This document shows positions 25,048 through 37,400 of a stretch of DNA of 64,000 nucleotides, one piece after another. Source of the DNA: Eledone cirrhosa. Lineage: Eukaryota. The notes under the pieces were generated by a model. It had not been told where the DNA came from, made no database searches, and was given only the letters and a program-made list of their open reading frames with translations. The first letter of the stretch is position 1, and every line of letters starts with the position of its first letter. The translations under genes and the position numbers were made by a program. The stretch covers positions 12,028,001-12,092,000 of the forward strand of contig OZ024759.1 in the NCBI GenBank assembly GCA_964016885.1, written 5' to 3'.

Positions 25048-26111
25048 GAGACAGACATATATATATATATATATACACACACACAGACATATATATAAAC
25101 ACACATATATATATATACACATATATATATATATACACACACACACGCACACTTATGTATATATATATATACAGTTGGTAAATAATATACTTGTTCTTCT
25201 CTTCATCATATCCTCGTGTTGGAGGACTTTCTCTTTGTCAACATGTCCCAGTCAGTCGTTGGAGTGTCATACTAGATGTGCAGTCGTGCTTTACAATCAT
25301 GAGTTCGATTCTCGTAGCAAGCTTCTGAAGGACTTGTGCTTGATTCTGATAGTTACTTTACCATGGCAGAATCTCCTTTGGCCCTGCTAGATTCTGGTTA
25401 TTAATATTAACCAGAATCTTTTGAGAACTGTTGTCTTTGGTCAGAGTGAATATTTCACCCGTCTACGTAACACACACACACTTAATATGCATTTTTAGTT
25501 TAATATTATTTTTATTGATAATGTATGTAAATGACTTTCATTTCTTTTTACAGATGTCCAGCCATCAAGGCCATATGCTGTGTTGTTTGCCGTAACAAGT
25601 GGGAATGTCGTACTTTCTTTTAATAAATATACGAGAAAACTAATCGCTATGCACACACACACACACACACACATCTTTTAATAAAGAAAGTTTACATCAT
25701 ATATACGAATTGTACTCAGTTTATTTTGAGAAAAATGAATAAAGAAAGTTTACATATTATATACGAATTGTGTTCACTTAATGTTGACAAAAATGAATAA
25801 AGAAATCAAGAGTCTAGAAGAAACCGAGTTCGCCGTGATGTAAAGAACGTAAGTGTTTATGAAGTTTCTAAATAAAGAAACTAAGAGTAAGATAAAGTTT
25901 CTTGTAAGAAACTGAGAATGAAGAAGTTTCTAAATAAAGAAACTAAGAGGTAGATAAAGTTTCTTGAAAGAAACTGAGATTTATGAAGTTTCTAAATAAA
26001 GAAACTAAGAATGTTTTTGAAATTATCGAAAAAAAAATCTATGAAATAAGACCACCCTCTTTTTAATTTTTTTTTATTAAAGGGAGGTAACTCTGTAATA
26101 TTTTGAAACGA

Positions 26112-26505
26112 ATTACCTCCCTTTGAAACACCTTCGTCACCGTCGTTACCACCGTCGGCACCTTCGTAACCGTCGTCACCATTACCGCCGCCACCTGGTG
26201 GCGGAGGAAAAGATACCGACGACGACGGGGGTGCACCGTCGTCTTCGTCGGTACTTTTACCTCCGCCACCAGGTGGCGGAGGTAAAGACACCGACGAAGA
26301 CGAAGGTGCACCGTCGTCTTCGTCGGTGTCTTTACCGCCGCCACCTGGTGGCGGAGGTAAAAGTACCGACGAAGACGACGGTGCACCCCCGTCGTCGTCG
26401 GTATCTTTTCCTCCGCCACCAGGTGGCGGCGGTAATGGTGACGACGGTTACGAAGGTGCCGACGGTGGTAACGACGGTGACGAAGGTGTTTCAAAGGGAG
26501 GTAAT
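26112..26505. repeat. GC-rich palindrome core: 75-bp period made of alternating inverted 37.5-bp half-units
   Basis: Axes at 26196, 26271, 26346 and 26421 (ccgccaccWggtggcgg) and at 26233.5, 26308.5 and 26383.5 (GTGCAC-centred). Confidence 0.95.
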
Positions 26506-27528
26506 TCGTTTCAAAATATTACAGAGTTACCTCCCTTTAATAAAAAAAAATTAAAAAGAGGGGGTCTTATTTCATAGATTTTTTTTTCGATAATTTCAAA
26601 AACATTCTTAGTTTCTTTATTTAGAAACTTCATAAATCTCAGTTTCTTTCAAGAAACTTTATCTACCTCTTAGTTTCTTTATTTAGAAACTTCTTCATTC
26701 TCAGTTTCTTACAAGAAACTTTATCTTACTCTTAGTTTCTTTATTTAGAAACTTCATATACACTTACGTTCTTTACATCACGGCGAACTCAGTTTCTTGT
26801 AGACTCTTGATTTCTTTATTCATTTTTGTCAACATAAAGTGAACACAATTCGTATATAATATGTAAACTTTCTTTATTCATTTTTCTCAAAATAAACTGA
26901 ATATAATTCGTATATATGATGTAAACTTTCTTTATTAAAAGATGCGTGTGTGTGTGTGTGTGTGTGTATAGCGATTAGTTTTCTCGTATATTTATTAAAA
27001 GAAAGTACGACATTCCCACTTGTTACGGCAAACAACACAGCATATGGCCTTGATGGCTGGACATCTGTAAAAAGAAATGAGAGTCATTTACATACATTAT
27101 CAATAAAAATAATATTAAACTAAAAATGCATATTAAGTGTGTGTGTGTTACGTAGACGGGTGAAATATTCACTCTGACCAAAGACGACAGTTCTCAAAAG
27201 ATTCTGGTTAATATTAATAACCAGAATCTAGCAGGGCCAAAGGAGATTCTGCCATGGTAAAGTAACTATCAGAATCAAGCACAAGTCCTCCAGAAGCTTG
27301 CTACGAGAATCGAACTCATGATTGTAAAGCATGACTGCACATCTAGTATGACACTCCAACGACTGACTGGGACATGTTGACAAAGAGAAAGTCCTCCAAC
27401 ACGAGGATATGATGAAGAGAAGAAGAAGTATATTATTTACCAACTGTATATATATATATATATATATATATGTATGAGTGTGTGTGAATATATATATGTC
27501 TGTGTGTGTGTGTGTACATGTGTGTGTG

Positions 27529-27575
<47 letters not shown>

Positions 27576-27824
27576 ATGTATATATATATATATATATATA
27601 TAGCGATGAGTTTTCTCGTATATAATATATCTATAAATGTCTGTGTGTGTATATATATAGCGATGAGTTTTCTCGTATATAATATATCTATAAATGTCTG
27701 TGTGTATATATATAGCGATGAGTTTTCTCGTATATATGTCTGTGTGTGTGTATATATATTATATACATATATGTCGGGGGGGGGGGGGGGTATAGCGATG
27801 AGTTTTCTCGTATGTATATATATA

Positions 27825-27894
27825 ACCCATGCTAGTCCGTCTAACCCATGCTAGCATGGAAGAACAGACGTAAAACGATGATGATGATGATGAT
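27825..27894 (+). mobile_element. Short RTE-type 3' end with (GAT)n tail, right arm only
   Basis: ccgtctaacccatgctagcatggaagaacagacgtaaaa(cgatgat)n matches the reverse complement of 44347-44403 and the 3' end at 54935-54980. Confidence 0.75.
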
Positions 27895-29900
27895 ATATAT
27901 ATATATATTAGAAAGTGAACAACACAAAATATAACTTCTCCATTACCAAAGGTTTCTGGATCATAGACAATAATAGTAAACGTCTGGATCGGTCGTCAGA
28001 CAGAGATGTTATCTTATTTGCCAACTTAAATAATATAGAAATACGCTAAATTCTATTTGATATGACCGAGAAATATGTGAGGTGACATTACATTGGAAAT
28101 ACAACACGTGGAGGTGGGGCAGCAGCTAAACACAACGTGGAGGTGGGGCAGCAGCTAAACAAAACTATTGGTTAATTATTGCTGACATTATGAGTACTTG
28201 ATACTTGGGATAGTAAAGTGTGACTCTGCCAGTATATTCATATATACTTATCTATATTGAAACACACACATATATATATATATATACATGCATGCACACT
28301 TCCATATATGAATGTGTAAACATATATAGTGATTGCTTAATCTTTGCAAATGATTGCCGTTTCCCTATGCAACCCCAAGTATTGATGTACCCAGATTTAG
28401 AGAGCAGTAGACGACCACACACTTCAAAACTCCAGCTCCCTATGTTCTTATTGATAATAAGAGAAATAGAGAAGATAATAAAAATGTAGCTGTATATAGA
28501 GAAGGTATGTGTCTAGTGAAGAATGTGTGTCTCTAAAGAGGAAAGGTGTAAATCGAATCATGTCAATAAAGAAGATATATGTAAAAAGAGGTTTAGTTTC
28601 TACGAATAAAATGTACATATTGATATGGTGTGTAGAGTTATATTGTATACAAAGAAAACATTACATACCTCTTTAAATGAACGTAATATCCAAGATGATC
28701 TTTTTCAAAGAACCGGAAGTCAATCGAAAATAAAGCAACAGAAGAGTTCCATAAAGGGGAAATAACTAATAAAAAACGATTGCTCGAGCTATCTAGGAGG
28801 CAGGCCAGCATATAACCATCCTGCACATAATCCTGGCTGCCGAGGCCGCGTGCCCTCGCAACGATTCGATCTTCCGACACATAGAATATGTCACGCCGAG
28901 AGTTCGAATCCAACAGTCTTCCAAGAATGTAAGTAATCATCGTGGGTTCTAAGTATCAAGAATGTAAAGAAAGTATTTAAGGTTCGAATCTAAGTAAGTC
29001 AAGATAGAATGTAGTAAGAAGTATCTAAGTTTCTTTTCCAACTGTCTTCTTAGAACCCTTGAAAGTTACTTACATTCTTGGAAGACAGTTAGATTCTAAC
29101 CCTTGATACTTCTTACTACATTCTTGACTTACTTAGATACTTTCTTTACATTCTTGGAAGACAGTTAGATTAGAACCTTAGCTACTTCTTACTACATTCT
29201 TGACTTACTTAGATACTTTCTTTACATTCTTGGAAGACAGTTAGATTAGAACCTTAGCTACTTCTTACTACATTCTTGACTTACTTAGATTCGAACCTTT
29301 GATACTTCAAGGTTCTTGGAAGACAGTTGGATTCGAACCTTCAATACTTTCTTTACATACTTGAAGGTTCTTGATACTTAGATGGTTACATTTTCGGACG
29401 ACTGTTGGATTCAAACCCTTAATGACACTTTTTACATTATTGATTTTTATTGATAGATACTTTTCATTCCCTTTCTGTTACTTACTACTTTTGGACGACT
29501 GTTACATTCGAACCCTTGATGGTTCTTTCTCTAATATTTCTTTCCTTTTCACATTATTGATATTTTCTATTCTCTTTCCTTAGATTGTAACCATTGGTGA
29601 TACTGTCTATTTTTGGAGCGACTGTTGGATTTGAAACCTTGATGAGGCTGTTTAAACATTCTTAGTGTCTTTGTCAAAATAAACTGAACACAATTCGTAT
29701 ATAATATGTAAACTTTATTCATTTTTGTCAAAATAAACTGAACAGGATTCGTATATATGTAAGCTTTCTTAACAGAGAGTTCGCCATTTTTTACGGCTTG
29801 AAGCCGTATCTAAAGATAAATAAAAGTCATTTACATACGTTATCAATAAAAAGAATATTAAACTTTATAAAATTCTTCCAAGTTTGTTTTTTATTAGATA

Positions 29901-30317
29901 CTAGCAGAATGGCCCGGCGTTGCTCGGGATTTTCTCTAGGGTTCTTATATATTTATCCTTATCGAGCCTCGCGAAATAAATATGTTTGTTTATATTTTGC
30001 TATTGTATATGCAAAAATATCTGTACACGAATATATAATTATATATATTAAAATAACAGATTAATGTTTAAGCAAAGAATCGCTGCTTTCACCCTTAACG
30101 GGATCTTCTGAAACTAAAAAAAATCAATCTGTGAACGCAGATGTAAATATTTCGAAAAACGTTAAAACCGAAGGAAAACGGGAAGACTATATGCAGACAG
30201 TCAGGCATTCAGACAGATATTATAAAGGCGCAACGTTATATCTATGTATCTATCTAAAAAGAGAAAGACTAAGAAATATAAAGAGAGATCGCTAAATCGC
30301 CTAATGCATTGAAAATT
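29901..30317 (-). mobile_element. Mirror copy of the Helitron-like element, 3' CTAG at 29901-29904
   Basis: a-ctag-cagaatgg-cccggcgttgctcggg; reverse complement of 22630-23045; truncated where the CR1-like RT fragment begins. Confidence 0.6.
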
Positions 30318-30323
30318 GTAATA

Positions 30324-31040
30324 AAATTGCCAAAGTCATAGAGTCCTGTGTCAGAAAAACACTCTGGAACTCTCACAGCCTTATCCAGCCCTCGCAATTT
30401 GGATTTCTCCCCAACTCCAGCTGCTGTGATCAACTCATCGAGTTTCTTGAAGACATTACCCAAATCACTGATGGCGGCTCATGGGTGGATGTTTATCTTG
30501 ACTTTGCTAAAGCTTTTAACTCTGTGCCACACAAAATACTCATGGCAAAACTCTCTGCAATGGGTGTGAGAGATGATCTTTTTAACTGGTTGAAGTCCTT
30601 CATTCTCAGTCGAAAAGAGGTAGTTCGGGCCGAGGACAGCATTCCTCACTATATGAGATGACATCTGGTGTAGCAAAGGGATCTGTTCATGGTCCCCTTT
30701 TGTTTGTGGCATATATTAATGACATAGATGCCAACATAAAGAATGCCACAGTACTGAAATATGCAGACGACGTCAAGCTGTACCTTGAGATAAAAAAGAC
30801 AGATACTGAACACTATAGATCTTGCTTGCAGCAATCAGACCTGGACACAATGCAGCAATGGACCATGGACTGGCAACTCAAGCTAGCTGTGAACAAGTGT
30901 ACTACCATGCATTCTGGGAGGAAAAACCCAGCTTTCACACACTCCCTCCACAACACCAATCTCAAGAAGTCTTCTTGTAAACATGACCTGGACATTACTG
31001 TCAGCAGCAATTTGTGTTGGACAAAGCACATCTCTACACC
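30324..31040 (+). pseudogene. CR1/L2-like LINE reverse transcriptase fragment (disrupted)
   Basis: QFGF...CCDQLIEF, YLDFAKAFNSVPH, TSGVAKGSVHGPLLFVAYINDI, KYADDVKLY and WQLKLAVNKC motifs across frameshifts. Confidence 0.9.
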
Positions 31041-31904
31041 TGATATTCCCCCTGCATACACACACGTGTGTGTGTGTCTATGTGTATATAAAGACTCATA
31101 CACTGCTCCCTTTCCTGACAATTGTACATTATTCTATGTACCATACCTGCACCTTTGATACCGAGGAAGTTGACCATTCTATTATTATTTTCTATTTCAA
31201 CATTAAGACTGTAATTATTTTAAAAAAACAGTTATTATTTTCTTTCCTATTTAGAATTATTATTATGGTTAACTAACATGAAAAGAGCATCATTGTGGTA
31301 CAAACCACCGCCAAGTTCAGGTAACCTTCTGTTAATTAGGTTAAGGATAAAAATTCTACCTAGCCGAGTCTGTGGATCTCATGGTGATGTCAAAATTCCC
31401 AGGTCGGTCGGCTCTGTTGAAATCAATTATCATCTTCCTAGCCGTAAAGATGTTAACTTCACTCGAAAGATCAATATATTTTGTCTATATTAGGGCTCTA
31501 TTGAGTAGTGTTGGTGAAATTGGAGAGTAGTAGTTACTTATGTCCATTTGTATAAATTTAATTCTGTTTTTATTTGGAAGTTCAATAAACCAATCAATAA
31601 CGTCATTGGTTCCATTCCATAATTTAAGTTGGGATCATAGCTTCAACGTTGGTATGATTCTGTCTAGAATGTTCTTATAATTCCTAAATCTTAGATGGTG
31701 CTATAAGTCTACCCAGTAGCTCAGATTCAAAGTTATTTTTATGGTCTTCCATATTTATTCTCAGTGTTTTAGTTATGAAAGGTTCAGTACGGTGTTCTAT
31801 CCCAAGTTTGGTGACAATTTTATTTGCTTCTTTATTTATAAATTCAATGTTTTATGGCAGTTTTTATTCCTAAGTTCTCTGATTATTAGTTTATTATTGG
31901 ACTT

Positions 31905-34150
31905 ACGTATCAGATATGAGCGGCACCAAGTCTCAAGTTGACTACATTATGGTCAACAAAAACTGGAAAAACTCTGTACACAACTGCGAAGCATACAACT
32001 TCAGCAGCATGGGATCGGATCACCGTATCACAACAGCAGAGCTTAAATTAAGCTTGAGAACCAGTAAAGCGTTATCTACCAGAGTCAACTATGATTGAGC
32101 TTCACTAAGGGATCCTGATTTGAGCGATCTTTATACTGTTACCTTTAGAAACAAGTATGCAAGCTTGTGCACAGAAAACGAATCCATCACAGACATACAC
32201 TCACCTCATTCAAGCAAATGACGGAGCAGCCACAGAGCTTCTTCCATGAAAAAAGAAGCACAAAAAGAAACAAACTTCGGGTGATCCGCGAGTCATCGAT
32301 GCAAGAGAGAAAATTCAGAAGGCTTCTAGGGCATACACAGAGAATCCAACAGAGCGTAATTGCCAGAAACGTCAACGATGCAAGAATACACTGCAGAAGG
32401 CATATGACACTATTTCCGAGGAAGAACTTGATAAATGGATAGCTGAAGTAGAATCTGCAGATGTGAAATCGAAGCATGGAGAAAGCTGGAAGCTAATAAA
32501 CGAGATCACTGGGAGGAAATCTGTCAAACAAGCCATAACAAAAGCAAACTCTAAGGAAGATCACATCAAGAAGTGGTACTTACACTTCAAGGAATTACTT
32601 GGAAAAGAGCCTAAAGTTGTGGGTGAGATCAGCGAAATTGCACCAGTGCTGAAAAATCTGGGAATCTCAGACACAATCTTCACACCTGCTGAATACTCAA
32701 TAGCCAAGAAGTCTCTGAAGGAGGGGAAAGCCTTTAGATCTGATGGCATCGGCCCGGAAGTTCTCAAGCATTGCAACCTGGATGACATCATGCTCGGTTA
32801 TGTCAAAAAGCTGATGGTCGGCGAGAAGCCTGACCAATGGTCAGAAAGCAATATGAAGCCTCTACCAAAGTCAGGTGATCTCGGCTATACAGACAACTAC
32901 AGGGGAATAGCTTTGTCCTCCATTGCAGCCAAATTGGCAAATCGAATGCTTCTCAACAAGAATCCACCAAAAATCAATCCACAACTACGTCTGAACCAGA
33001 ATGGCTTCCAACCAGGAAGGTCGACTGTTGCTTATATTCTTGCATTGAGGAGATTAATCGAGGGTTTCCAATCACACAACCTAAAAGCTGTCTTGACATT
33101 TGTAGACTTTCAAAAGGCATTCGACAGCATCCACCGAGGGCGAATGCTCCAGATACTGAGAGTATATGATGTGCCTGAAAAGATAGTTCAAGCTATAGGT
33201 CTGATGTACGAGGGTACTCGAGCTCACATATTGACACAAGACAGAAACACTGATTACTTTGAGATTCTCACAGGTGTTCACCAAGGTGACACGATTGCAC
33301 CTTTCCTATTTGCAATTGTCCTCAATTATGCAATGAAACAGGCCATTCATGGGAAGGAAGAAGAGATTGGTTTCAAATTGGATTGAAGGAGAAGTTGTCA
33401 CTGAAACAGACTTTGCCGATGACAATGCCTTGATCAAAGAGGAAATCAGCCAAGCTCAAAGAATTCCTCACACGTGTCGAGGTTGAATCAGGCAAAATAG
33501 GACTGCATCTCAATGCAAAGAAGACCGAAATCATGCACTACAATCAGGTTGATCCAGCTCCAGTTCTTGCTAAGGACGGTACAACAGTCAAAACAGTTGA
33601 GAACTTTAAGTATCTTGGTGCATGGATGCGCAGCTCACGCAAGGAATTTGAAGTTAGAAAAGCACGAGCATGGGCGGCATGTCACAAGCTACTGAAGGTG
33701 TGGAAGTCCAACCTATACCGCAAAATCAAGGAGCGTCTCTTCCTAGCAACTGTTGAATCCGTCCTGCTTTACGGCAGTGAAACGTGGACTATTGACAAAG
33801 TGCTATGCAAGAGACTTGACGGATGTTGAGTATGGCTCCCAACATTTCTTGGAAACAGAAGCTGACAAATACAGAACTCTACAGATCACTACCACCAGTC
33901 TCAAATAAAGTTGTCTGCGGACGAATGAAACTGTCTGGACACTGCATACGTCATCCAGAAGAGACAACATCACAACTTGTACTCTAGAAACCGGCGGTCA
34001 GACAAAGAAGCGTGGGAAGACAGGCCGTCTCATTCATTGATACCCTGTTGAGAGATTGATACCCATTGATAACATCGAGAAACTGAGAAATGTCATGCTC
34101 GACTGGGACGATTGGAGAAAGCGTGCTGAATCTGCGAGTGTAAACTCGGC
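31905..34150 (+). pseudogene. 5'-truncated RTE-like LINE (APE C-terminus plus RT), disrupted
   Basis: QVDYIMVN...SDH (APE), NYRGIAL, QNGF, FVDFQKAFDSIHR, GVHQGDTIAPFLF, FADD (near 33412), FKYLG and ESVLLYGSETW. Confidence 0.92.
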
Positions 34151-34436
34151 CGAAGAAGAGAGTAGTTTATTATACTCATCTTTATCTAGAAACATAGAGG
34201 TTGTTGGTTTTGGCACCAGAATTTTTTGGTTTTTTGGAGTTCATTAATTTTGCCCCTTAGGTTTTTTAGATACTCCTGACCTCTGTATGGGTCTTTCTTA
34301 AATTTTATACCTCGAATGATATTGGCTAATTTATTTTCAAATTCTGCTAGATACCTGTTATATGGTGGGGTTTTCCTAGACTTAGATATCTATTCCAGAT
34401 TGTTCTTAACTGAGTTATCCTGTTTTTCTTTTAGTT

Positions 34437-37400
34437 TTCACATCAAAGTGATAAGCCTGCCACAGTGTAGTATTAGGGTTCACATCAAAGTGATAAGCCC
34501 GCCACAGTGTAGTGTTAGGGTTCACATCAAAGTGATAAGCCCGTCACAGTGTAGTGTTAGGGTTGACAGCAAAGTGATAAGCCCGCCACAGTGTAGTGTT
34601 AGGGTTCACATCAAAGTGATAAGCCCGCCACAGTGTAGTGTTAGGGTTCACATCAAAGTGATAAGCCCGTCACAGTCTAGTGTTAGGGTTCACATCAAAG
34701 TGATAAGCCCACCACAGTGTAGTGTTAGGGTTCACATCAAAGTGATAAGCCCACCACAGTGTAGTGTTAGGGTTCACATCAATGTGATAAGCCCACCATA
34801 GTGTAGTGTTAGGGTTCACATCAAAGTGATAAGCCCACCACAGTGTAGTGTTAGGGTTCACATGACAGTGATAAGCCCACCACAGTGTAGTGTTAGGGTT
34901 CACATCAAAGTGATAAGCCCGCCACAGTGTAGTGTTAGGGTTCACATCAAAGTGATAAGCCCACCACAGTGTAGTGTTAGGGTTCACATGACAGTGATAA
35001 GCCCACCACAGTGTAGTGTTAGGGTTCACATCAAAGTGATAAGCCCACCACAGTGTAGTGTTAGGGTTCACATGACAGTGATAAGCCCACCACAGTGTAG
35101 TGTTAGGATTCACATCAAAGTGATAAGCCCACCACAGTGTAGTGTTAGGGTTCACATCAAAGTGATAAGCCCGCCACAGTGTAGTGTTAGGGTTCACATG
35201 ACAGTGATAAGCCCACCACAGTGTAGTGTTAGGGTTCACATGACAGTGATAAGCCCACCACAGTGTAGTGTTAGGGTTCACATCAAAGTGATAAGCCCAC
35301 CACAGTGTAGTGTTAGGGTTCACATGACAGTGATAAGCCCACCACAGTGTAGTGTTAGGGTTCACATCAAAGTGATAAGCCCACCACAGTGTAGTGTTAG
35401 GGTTCACATCAAAGTGATAAGCCCACCACAGTGTAGTGTTAGGATTCACATCAAAGTGATAAGCCCACCACAGTGTAGTGTTAGGGTTCACATGACAGTG
35501 ATAAGCCCACCACAGTGTAGTGTTAGGGTTCACATGACAGTGATAAGCCCACCACAGTGTAGTGTTAGGGTTCACATGACAGTGATAAGCCCACCACAGT
35601 GTAGTGTTAGGGTTCACATGACAGTGATAAGCCCACCACAGTGTAGTGTTAGGGTTCACATCAAAGTGATAAGCCCACCACAGTGTAGTGTTAGGGTTCA
35701 CATGACAGTGATAAGCCCACCACAGTGTAGTGTTAGGGTTCACATGACAGTGATAAGCCCACCACAGTGTAGTGTTAGGGTTCACATGACAGTGATAAGC
35801 CCACCACAGTGTAGTGTTAGGGTTCACATCAAAGTGATAAGCCCACCACAGTGTAGTGTTAGGGTTCACATGACAGTGATAAGCCCACCACAGTGTAGTG
35901 TTAGGGTTCACATCAAAGTGATAAGCCCACCACAGTGTAGTGTTAGGGTTCACATGACAGTGATAAGCCCACCACAGTGTAGTGTTAGGGTTCACATGAC
36001 AGTGATAAGCCCACCACAGTGTAGTGTTAGGGTTCACATCAAAGTGATAAGCCCACCACAGTGTAGTGTTAGGGTTCACATGACAGTGATAAGCCCACCA
36101 CAGTGTAGTGTTAGGGTTCACATGACAGTGATAAGCCCACCACAGTGTAGTGTTAGGGTTCACATGACAGTGATAAGCCCACCACAGTGTAGTGTTAGGG
36201 TTCACATGACAGTGATAAGCCCACCACAGTGTAGTGTTAGGGTTCACATCAAAGTGATAAGCCCACCACAGTGTAGTGTTAGGGTTCACATGACAGTGAT
36301 AAGCCCACCACAGTGTAGAGGGTTCACATGACAGTGATAAGCCCACCACAGTGTAGTGTTAGGGTTCACATGACAGTGATAAGCCCACCAGAGTGTAGTG
36401 TTAGGGTTCACATGACAGTGATAAGCCCACCACAGTGTAGTGTTAGGGTTCACATGACAGTGATAAGCCCACCACAGTGTAGTGTTAGGGTTCACATCAA
36501 AGTGATAAGCCCACCACAGTGTAGTGTTAGGGTTCACATGACAGTGATAAGCCCACCACAGTGTAGTGTTAGGGTTCACATCAAAGTGATATGCCCACCA
36601 CAGTGTAGTGTTAGGGTTCACATGACAGTGATAAGCCCACCACAGTGTAGTGTTAGGGTTCACATCAAAGTGATAAGCCCACCACAGTGTAGTGTTAGGG
36701 TTCACATGACAGTGATAAGCCCACCACAGTGTAGTGTTAGGGTTCACATCAAAGTGATAAGCCCACCACAGTGTAGTGTTAGGGTTCACATGACAGTGAT
36801 AAGCCCGCCACAGTGTAGTGTTAGGGTTCACATCAAAGTGATAAGCCCACCACAGTGTAGTGTTAGGGTTCACATGACAGTGATAAGCCCACCACAGTGT
36901 AGTGTTAGGGTTCACATGACAGTGATAAGCCCGCCACAGTGTAGTGTTAGGGTTCACATGACAGTGATAAGCCCACCACAGTGTAGTGTTAGGGTTCACA
37001 TCAAAGTGATAAGCCCACCACAGTGTAGTGTTAGGGTTCACATCAAAGTGATAAGCCCGCCACAGTGTAGTGTTAGGGTTCACATCAAAGTGATAAGCCC
37101 GCCACAGTGTAGTGTTAGGGTTCACATCAAAGTGATAAGCCCACCACAGTGTAGTGTTAGGGTTCACATCAAAGTGATAAGCCCACCACAGTGTAGTGTT
37201 AGGATTCACATCAAAGTGATAAGCCCACCACAGTGTAGTGTTAGGGTTCACATGACAGTGATAAGCCCACCACAGTGTAGTGTTAGGGTTCACATGACAG
37301 TGATAAGCCCACCACAGTGTAGTGTTAGGATTCACATGACAGTGATAAGCCCACCACAGTGTAGTGTTAGGGTTCACATCAAAGTGATAAGCCCGCCACA

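Larger units (their letters stand above)
22630..30317. repeat. 7.7-kb layered palindrome (fold-back family member 2), main axis 26308/26309
   Basis: Inverted pairs: 22630-23785 with 29007-30317; 23861-23933 with 28651-28722; 24457-24685 with 27937-28192; 25165-26308 with 26309-27452. Mirror-image ORFs in the track (25992-26291 and 26326-26577; 25175-25390 and 27228-27443) agree with this axis. Confidence 0.96.

Noticed and set aside
25175-25390. Secreted Cys-rich peptide with signal-like N-terminus (mirror at 27228-27443)
   Set aside because: Non-ATG start next to a microsatellite, all three visible differences between the arm copies change amino acids, and the paralogous module near 14860 lacks the frame.
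25992-26577. PPPPGGGG / Arg-His-rich ORFs on both strands as genes
   Set aside because: They are mirror images forced by the palindrome and the 75-bp triplet-rich period; no ATG start or splice support.
22630-30317. Palindrome as a pure long-read chimera or assembly artefact
   Set aside because: The arms differ by substitutions, microsatellite lengths and arm-specific insertions, and a separate palindrome of the same family exists at 15-16.8 kb. Not fully excluded without reads.
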